Assembly (NCBI GenBank): GCA_964199315.1
Contig: OZ116700.1
Span: forward strand, 28,706,001-28,770,000
From: Orbicella franksi
Taxonomy: Eukaryota
Length of the DNA stretch: 64,000 bases
Direction of reading: 5' to 3'
In this document: piece after piece, positions 56,301-64,000 of the stretch
Layout: each line of letters opens with the position of its first letter
Position numbering within the stretch: position 1 is the stretch's first letter
Notes under the pieces: model-generated
What the model saw: the letters and a program-made list of their open reading frames with translations, nothing else
Database searches by the model: none
What the model was told of the DNA's origin: nothing
Position numbers and translations under genes: made by a program

Positions 56301-59300
56301 ATTTCTTATACATTATAGGAATGGGTTTTGTGGGATAAGATTATATCCTCATGCTCTAAAGTGTACATGAGATATTCTTTCTTGATGGAATCTACTTGAG
56401 ACATGACATGGAAATGGAACATTTATTATAAATTAATAATAATAATAATAATAACGATAATGATAATGATAATAATAATAATAAATTATTTAATCTTGAT
56501 TCCTCTATGGTGTAATTTCTTGATTTCTTGTTTTGTGTTAGATTCCTACATAATTTTCTTTTTTACAGAATTCAAGTTTAACAATAAGCAGGTTTTGAAA
56601 AACTTAAGTACAAGATGGTCTATGCCAGATGGTATATGAAAGAAATGCCCCACACTTACAGAAAACTAAGCTTTTTCAGAGCAGAAAAGACATCGCCAGT
56701 AAGGTTTTGAATATTGTTTGATTCCAGTTTTCTGTAAAGCAATCATGGTATTTTCTTTCAGAAAAACAAAATTGAGAAAATTTCGTGTTTGCGTTTTCCA
56801 TGCTAAGTTGAACTTTCTTCTAATCAGTAAACTCCGTTACATTCTCTACCAAAATGTTTCACCAGAGACAAGTGATATTGTACATTCCTGACTAATTTAT
56901 GTGTATGTATGCTAGCGAATGGGCGTTATTATCTATATTTAGGTAGTCTTGGTTCCTACAGGAGATTAACCACTGGTAAAAAAATCAAACAGAACACCTA
57001 TTTGAATTGCAATAAAAAGATTGCAGTACATGTCTAAAGCATAATATAGTTTATATGCCACAGTTTTTGACACCAAATCGCCTTGGAACGATATCCTGAG
57101 TAAGTAAAATGTGGTATTATATGTTCATGTCCTTACCAAAAACATCTTTCGGGTAACGTTCGGATACCTTAGATCGCCAAAATCTTTGGGCAAGTTTCAC
57201 TAATCCTTGAAGATCGTCGTAGATCTTCGTAAATCTTTGGGCTATTGTTGGAATTCGTTTTGGCCTTCTGATCAGCCTTGGTAATCTCCGGAATTCTGTA
57301 GGTGTTGTTCGACTGTATCCTTATCAGGGAACTGTTACAGTACAATCTCAACTTCACGAATAGATATTATGATTAAATTGACATCACTGATACTTACTAA
57401 AAGTTACCATACTTCCAATATCGCATCGTTTAATTGATGGCATTTATTTTGTTGCTTAGGGCAGACACATCGTCACCCGCGCTTAACATGTAAACAACTG
57501 ATGAGGAAATAGATTAAACTTTGGGTTTTGTGTTAGATAAACAGTGTAAATAAACAGTGTAATTCCTTCAACGTATGAAGACTTCTTAGCAAACGGTAAG
57601 TTTAAAGTAGCTAAGTTTATAGCTAGTAACAATTCGTACTGTGTACAGGGTAATTTCACTCACAGTATTTGCAGCCTTGTCAGTTTAGCAAACGCTCCGG
57701 CAGGTAGAAACTCAATTGCATTTGAAACCAATTCACTGAAAAAAAGGTTCTATGGTTTGTCAATGATCGTTTTCGTCCATCTCGAAAAAAAGAGAAGCTA
57801 CCTTCAGACGTAAATATCCTTTTACAGTTGGACGTTGCTATGTTACTTTAATGTTTTGTGTTCTCTAAGCTATCTTTGGAAATTTCTTGTTAAGAAAATT
57901 GCTCTTTAGCTAACCCTTTCGTTCTTGCAACACACATACATACACTTTATGTTAACTCGAATTATCAGAGTAGCTCTATTAAGCTAATATCTTCGAGAAA
58001 GAAAAATTCATAAATCAATTAAAGTATTACAATACATAATTAGAACGCTAAAAATACTAAAAGTTAATTTTCTTCATGGCTATCTTAAGCTCTTTTAGTG
58101 ATGTATTGTTCTCATACTGCTTCTAATAATTCCGTATTGGTTCCTGCTGATTTTCGAAAACAGTTCACTTACAGACGGAACATCTGCCTTCTCAGTGTAG
58201 CAAACAAGACTTCAGGTAAAGCTCTAATTGCATTGTAGGACAAATCTCTAGAAAGGAGAATTTTAAGAAACTTCTCAAACTCATGAATAACTCATCAAGT
58301 TTGATTTCATGAATAAACATCTCAAACTCATGATTAATTTATCAAGTTTAAACAAAAGAAATCATGCCCGTGACGGTGTTTGGATATCTGATGTCAATTA
58401 GCGTAGATTTTTACGATATTATACCTCCGTTTTCTCCTTAGTTTTAGTTTTTACGGAGAAGATGTATCAAATACCCATCCACACACCCAGGAGTTCGTCA
58501 AAAATACCCCGCTACGCATCGTATTTTCAACTCTCTTCTTCGTGTTTGGAAATACGGTCAAACACGGTCTTTCGTGTTTACCTCAACAACAATGAAAAAA
58601 TTATGAATTAAACAACACGACACGCTTGTTCTTTCTCGTTTAGTTGCGAAGTAGATGAGCAATTTTACCTTTTTCAGTGACAAATCGCATCCACCCCAAG
58701 GCAAGCACAATTTTGTTCCCTTTGAAGAAATAAGCCCTTGCTAAATGATTCCAAATCCCAATAAAAATTTCGGCTGAAAGCGATTCATTTGGGATGTAAT
58801 TTTGAACCCATCAGTTCACTTTAAAATGCATTTTTCTTAGATACTTTGTTATTTCTACATTCTCAAAAATAATTATGTCGATTCTACATTCAAAATAGCC
58901 ATCGCAAAGCTGGGGTAGTTTATTCAAACTATTCATTGTTTCTTCTACCGGCTATGAGATGCAACATTGAGTGTTAAAAGGGGGTTAAACTTAGCTGGTT
59001 AAAATTTAAACTGCCATCTTAGAAATGAAACCAATGGCTAAGATCTGTAAAACCTACTGATACACTTGGCTATTATGAGCCTCAGTAGCCTGTCAGTGAA
59101 GCTGACATTTTGAGTGTCAGCCCTTCTACAGAACAAAGTTTGCTTTGAGGAAGGAAAAATGCTTTGACGAAGTGTTAGCACTCGAAACGTAGGCTTTACC
59201 AACCCACCATGGTAGTTAATTTACCTATATTAACTTCTGGTAGATAAATAGCAGTGTTACCGCAGCCCAACAGCTTCTTTAATAAACTCATACCTTTGTT

Positions 59301-62300
59301 TAAAAATTACTGATAAATGATCAATGAGCTTATTTCTTTATTGTTAAATGAGATTCCATCACGCTCGTCCAAATCCTTGATACTGGAAAAGTAAAATGAC
59401 TGCAGGAATCATTACTTTTATTCGAGTAACTGGGCTTTAGCTGTTGTATACTTACAGAGTATTTAGAAGTGTCAGGTTGTTAAACACTCCATCAGGAAGA
59501 AACTGGATATTGTTGTTATTCAAAACACTGTCAAATAATAAAACTCGATAAGTAAAAACCAAAGCCAGCCGTTTAAGTAAGGGACTCATTGTTAATATGC
59601 CATTGTGCGGGAAACACCCCATTCAGTAATTAATGGTAACAGGTTTTTCTTTTCTTTAAAATAATCTCTGGTCCGTGTTATAGTAAAACCTAAACCATAC
59701 AGTTGGCTTTATCCTAATAAGGATCTCAACAGAGTAATTTTGCCTTGAATTGGAAACGTATTGAATACATTGAGTAACGATAATGACGGTCAGTAAAGGA
59801 GATGTGTTCAACAGTCAGCTAGTTTGCCAATACTGGCAAATGCCGCCTGAAAACAGAATGCACAGTGTAAAGAAACGAGTGTAGGAAATACACTAGGGAA
59901 TGCAAAAGAGATCGCACTAACACCGTACAAGGGAATGTACAAGGAAACCCATTAGGGAACACAGAAGGAAAGGCCTGGAAAGCAAAGAAGAAATACGGGA
60001 GAACGGGGGCGTTGTAAGCGATATCTTGATGTCTATGCACTTACAGAGATAGTAGCATTTTTTGTGAGGCAAACACTTTGCCAGGTAGATATTTAATAGC
60101 GTTTTCAGATAAATGCCTGTGGAAGGGAAACAACTGATGTTATAAAACGGGCCCATTCACTGGTATTTTTATTAACAAGACACGTTATTGCGCTAACCCA
60201 GACTTTTTTCTTTTCAAATCAGTCAATAGAAAAAGTATTTCTCATATATGACTAAAGTTAAAATGCCGTTTTTTTGGCTTTGTTCAACTGTATTAAACCA
60301 GTGGTATCTACGTACCAAAAACCAGTTGCTCAGAGCTACCTCACGGTTTGCTCATCTTGAAAAGTTTAGCCTAAATTTTTTAATTTCATCGTTTGTAATC
60401 CATATTAATCTTCTCCATCCTTAACGTACTCTTCTCTTTATGGTTTATTATTATCTCTTTGGCTCTTTTCTATCTTAGTAAGCTACTATTTTCAGGTTTT
60501 CTCCATTTATAGGCAATTTCGTACGTGGCTAAAATAACTCAAAATATCGTGACTGAGCTTCTTTAAGGAATGGACAACCTTATCAGGGCACCAGATAAGC
60601 CATAATCTCCCCTGAAAAATGTGACGAGGCGGGTGTGGGTAATACAATTATAACAGTTTCATCGACAACAGTGATTCACTTACAGCGTTCGCAGATTGCT
60701 CAGAGAAGAGAATACTGCTTCAGGAAGAAACGTTAAAGCGTTCGAGTCCAAATACCTGGGATGCATTTTATAAGTAAATGCTAATGGAGTAACAATTGCT
60801 TGCGATTAAGTAAAGAGATGCATTGTGAAACGCCAAATCTTAAATAAGTGAGAGGGCTGGGTGTGCGTTGTTATAGCCGACTTAAAATTAGTGAGAGAGA
60901 AAAACAAATGGATAAGTGATTTCATTAAACGTTAACCGATCTAGCCGTTGATGAGGCAGAGATAATTATTCTAAAGATGAATCAAAGGGATCCTAGGTAA
61001 ATTAATCTTTCGGGGCATACCATGAAAACGAGGTTAATTTTTGAGGTTTTGTCTATGTTTCATTTTTATTATGCTTATTTATATGACATTAAATTATATT
61101 ATATCATACTANNNNNNNNNNNNNNNNNNNNNNNNNNNNNNNNNNNNNNNNNNNNNNNNNNNNNNNNNNNNNNNNNNNNNNNNNNNNNNNNNNNNNNNNN
61201 NNNNNNNNNNNNNNNNNNNNNNNNNNNNNNNNNNNNNNNNNATCGAAAATGCGACGGTACGGTACCGTAAAGCCAAGTAACAGAAGTACAATATTGGGAC
61301 TTACAACCATTTCAGTTTTCTCACGGTGGCAAACACTCCATCGGGAAGGAATTCAATAGCGTTTGAGGAGAATCTTCTGTAAAAAACAATTCAAATAGAA
61401 CTGAAACTATTAATCAAATTTAAGTACTGCATTCGGTAGACTCAGGTCAGCGTTTCTAGGATTTTTAATTAATAGTTTAACACATACTGCAGTAGGTAGA
61501 AGGATTGTGTTGACAGGCGAAATTCCACGTTAGGAGTGAATTGTGACTATTGTCAATGTGCCCTTGTGGTTGATAGACTTTGGATACCACCAAAAACTTT
61601 TCAACTTGTTTGAATAGGGACACTGAAAACTATTTGTTCCCTATCTATTAGGTCTTGTGTCGAGGAGAAGTCTGTTAACTTACATCTCTCGCAGGTTGGC
61701 CAGCTTGGAGAAAACTTCATTGGGTAGAAATCTTATAGCATTTGATGATAAGCTCCTGTGAGAATGTGACATTTATTTTGGTAAGGAAAGCTTTGAAACC
61801 TTCCGTAAAAATTCAAATTATAACAAATCGTTTTTGCGCTAGCAAGCAAAACGTATTTTTACAGTACATTGTTTGAGTGGCGTTGTATCACTAGTATTAC
61901 TTTCGGTTATTACATAATTGCCTTTAAGGAGCTGTGCTATGCTTATACAGATTCAAATTCAGATTCAGATTTTTACTGTTTTGCACTATTTACAAAAAAT
62001 ATAACTTTAACAGTATTTATAGAAATGACATTGATCATTAAGAGAAAAGAAATATAATAGTAAATAGCCAAAATGAACTGTGCTCAGTAACCAAAGTAGC
62101 ATAGGCTTTCGTGTTTGTCACCGGACACGTACAAACAATTGACACGATATATCAATTATATTAATATCAAAAAAGTACAAAAGGAAACGATATATATATA
62201 TATGAAAATAAACGCGTAAAAGGATGGCAGAACGTAGATAAGCTATATGCCGAATATAAGCAGGCTATACAGAAGAGTAGGATTGATTGTTTAAAAGGAA

Positions 62301-63164
62301 TAGTTTATATTTGTTGTAAAAGGAAGTGTAAGGCAGTTTTTTAAAGTTTATTGGAATAGTTTCCCAAAGTTTAGATGAAACAAAAGCGAAAGTAGAGGTC
62401 CTACAGTTATTATTTGCTTTTGGCCTGTGAAAATTTAATTTGGAAGCAAATCTGGTATTGTGGGTATGTATACGTAAAAAGCTTGAATTAGTTCCGTTTC
62501 CAGACTAATGAGCCGTTTCAATTTTAAAAAAAGTTTTTAAATCACGCATAAAATCAAGCGGTTTTTCAACTGATGAAGGCTTAAGAGTTAGCCGAAACGT
62601 CTTGCTAAAATATACAAGTCAGTGACAAAAAACGGCACTTTCATCGATTGAGCCTGTAGTGTAATGAGGTAGAGTTATAAGTGAGTGAGCTTTGAAACCA
62701 AACTTTAACTGTTCATTAAACTCTCGGAGATACTATATATTTCAACACAACGACACAACGTTTTAGCTTTTGGTTATCTGTTTAAGGACGCAAGAAGTTA
62801 CCTTATAACGGCTAGAATCGTATATAGCGTTTTCACGTAACATCATCAAACCTGGGCATTTTGAGTAATGGCGGCGCGTGACATATAGTTACGATCACGT
62901 TTGTTAAAAAAAATACACGTTTATCTCGTAATTTTTAGCCGTTTGAGAAGTTAAAGTGGGAGAAAAAATGTTCTGATAGTGTTTGTTTGTGAAGTACAGT
63001 TAATCGGTGGCCTAGATAACCAAAGTAAGGTCTAGATATTTACTAAATTTTCCGGCCGCCATTTTGAATGACCAAGGACACATTTCACTTACAGAAGTCG
63101 CAGATCTGTCAGGTTGTCAAACATTTCAGCATACAGGAATGCAATCGCATTTGAGGACAAGTCC
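41378..63164 (-). CDS. Receptor copy B (5'-incomplete): at least 12xLRR-Cys-rich-multipass membrane protein, tandem paralogue of copy A
   Basis: GT-AG exons in frame: LRR 63164-63093, 61755-61684, 61376-61305, 60755-60684, 60116-60045, 59527-59456, 58247-58173, 57735-57664, 56731-56660, 47860-47789, 47327-47256 and 47013-46939, then 45466-45267, 44933-44808, 43825-42263 (1563 nt, the same size as in copy A) and 41748-41378. Exon sizes and phases mirror copy A. The N-terminal exons lie beyond the window. Confidence 0.88.
43920..44151. repeat. (AGTAAC)n microsatellite running into an assembly gap
   Basis: Direct reading. It produces the artefactual poly-SN, poly-TV and poly-L ORFs. Confidence 0.95.
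44152..44310. other. Assembly gap (N run)
   Basis: 159 N bases. Confidence 1.
44311..44665 (-). mobile_element. 3' fragment of a LINE (C-terminal Cys motif and 3' UTR)
   Basis: IEHQQHFLMYCRGCTSLRRELH...IIGKYIHLMF resembles the E-x-x-H-F-L-x-x-C-x-x-Y-x-x-L-R C-terminal motif of non-LTR ORF2 proteins. Confidence 0.55.
46075..46260. repeat. Compound tetranucleotide microsatellite (GAAA)n-(GAAC)n-(GAAT)n
   Basis: Direct reading. Confidence 0.9.
47380..47560. repeat. Cryptic GACT/GTGT low-complexity minisatellite
   Basis: Recurrent TGACTG/TGTG units in an intron of copy B. Confidence 0.6.
48036..48178 (-). repeat. 3' LTR of the BEL/Pao element
   Basis: It differs from the 5' LTR at 10 of 143 positions by manual count. 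On the minus strand it is preceded by the purine tract GGCTGGGGAG. AATAAA lies at 48060-48055. Confidence 0.92.
51374..53109. repeat. Insertion of about 1.7 kb with 380-400 bp tandem units inside the BEL RT
   Basis: It splits KLRI|(VY)DASAK. The anchor TATTTTAAT(G/A)TTTTGGTTTCAAAAAGAAG recurs at 51417, 51798 and 52204, with degenerate copies near 52360 and 52640. Confidence 0.8.
55735..55877 (-). repeat. 5' LTR of the BEL/Pao element
   Basis: TGTCGCG...CGCGACA termini. On the minus strand it is followed by a PBS TGGTAGCAGAG (55734-55724), complementary to the 3' end of animal initiator tRNA-Met (...CTCTGCTACCA). AATAAA lies at 55759-55754. Confidence 0.92.
56430..56490. repeat. (ATA/ATG)n microsatellite
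   Basis: Direct reading. Confidence 0.85.
60331..60565. mobile_element. MITE-like element in an LRR intron of copy B
   Basis: Imperfect inverted ends AGAGCTACCTCACG / CGTGACTGAGCTTCT. A recalled coral repeat family, not verified. Confidence 0.5.
61112..61241. other. Assembly gap (N run)
   Basis: 130 N bases inside an LRR intron of copy B. An additional LRR exon could be hidden here. Confidence 1.
61945..62510 (-). mobile_element. 3' fragment of a CR1/L2-like LINE with (TCTGAA)n tail
   Basis: The minus frame reads IHTHNTRFASKLNFHRPKANNNCRTSTFAFVSSKLWETIP...FYNKYKLFLL*. The UTR ends in an ATCTGAATCTGAATTTGAATCTG tail. Confidence 0.6.
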
Positions 63165-63281
63165 CTATGAAAACGCATTATTTAATAAGAAGCCTCTTGA
63201 TTAGTTTGGCGTCTCGCCAAAAAGTCTAAAGTGAAATTTGCACTGCAGTGCAAATTTTAGTGTCTAAATCGTCTCCATGGA

Positions 63282-63550
63282 GGAGGCGCGTGGCCGAGTG
63301 GTTACGGCGCCGGACTTGAAATCCGCAGGTCGCGAGTTCAAGTCCCGCTCTGACCACTAAGCTGGAGTTGTTTCCCGGTAGACCCTAGTTCACCTCCTCG
63401 GTCATGCTAGTAAATAGCTAACTGGTCTGCCTCCCGCCAGTTGGGATTTTTAAACCTATTATGTTTAGTAGATATATTTGTTTCTTTCAGTTAAGTGGCA
63501 TGCCTGTGAACTAGCAAGGTGTAGCTAAGCGCATTGACCACTATAAACAA
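63282..63550 (+). mobile_element. tRNA-derived SINE with a well-preserved head
   Basis: A box TGGCCGAGTGG, GGACTTGAAATCC and B box GTTCAAGTCC, followed by a SINE body GTAAATAGCTAACTGGTCTGCCTCCCGCCAGTTGGGATT rather than a tRNA acceptor stem and terminator. Confidence 0.8.
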
Positions 63551-64000
63551 CAACATTTGAACATTTTGATTTTTCTTTTGAACACGGTTCTCTGGTATTT
63601 CTGGTATCCTATTGTTTTTACCTTTAAAGCTCCTGCTTGAACCCCGCCCATCCAAGTTGACCGTGTGTCTTACCAAAAAAAACAGTTCAGGTTCTGTCTA
63701 GAATGGTTGTGGTGTCACTTCCATGGCAAAACGTGCCGCAAAAATTTCTCGTATCCTAGAAACATTTGCAAACCCCAAAGGCAACAGCAACAAGGGTGCA
63801 GAGCAGAATAATGACTCTACGACGTTAGTGATGCATGTTTATACATTTTTAAGTCGTCTTCTGCAAATTGAGAGCAACGTGAAATGACAGGTTTCTGAAA
63901 ATTTTAGGGATGTAAGTCACGAAGACTAAAGTTTTAGCATTTCTTGAGTAAACACGTGTTTTTTTTTTGTTCTTTCCGAAGTGACGTCATGAGGCAACAA

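Noticed and set aside
57392-57470. Possible degenerate LRR exon in copy B, and similar hints at about 59765-59850 and 28960-29030
   Set aside because: Stops in all plausible frames and too little similarity to distinguish from chance.
63282-63360. Possible tRNA-Ser/Phe gene
   Set aside because: The acceptor stem does not close, and the head continues into a SINE body with no oligo-T terminator.

Overview
AT-rich, intron-rich eukaryotic genomic DNA with two N gaps. It is probably from an anthozoan/scleractinian coral, inferred from the SINE/MITE landscape and gene content. Left to right it holds the last four exons of PEX5 (+, with a GC-AG intron), a complete OTUD3 (+), a convergent centrin-like four-EF-hand gene with two microexons (-), and a 5'-truncated CR1-type LINE RT. 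The rest is dominated by two head-to-tail minus-strand paralogues of an unusual receptor. Copy A (18211-37307) is complete at about 1350 aa: signal peptide, CUB, Ig, LRRNT, 13 LRRs each on its own 72/75-nt phase-2 exon, Cys-rich CPxG repeats, a multipass region of about 9-10 hydrophobic segments on one 1563-nt exon, and a cytoplasmic tail with a KxxQT motif. Copy B (41378 to beyond 63164) is 5'-incomplete, shows 12 LRR exons, and has a decayed 7.8-kb BEL/Pao LTR retrotransposon (143-bp LTRs, AACTT TSD) in sense orientation inside its LRR array. That element is itself interrupted by a 1.7-kb tandem-repeat insertion. This modular CUB-Ig-LRR-multipass family is the best candidate for an undescribed system. 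All exon models were built by hand from splice signals and reading-frame continuity, without database searches or RNA data.
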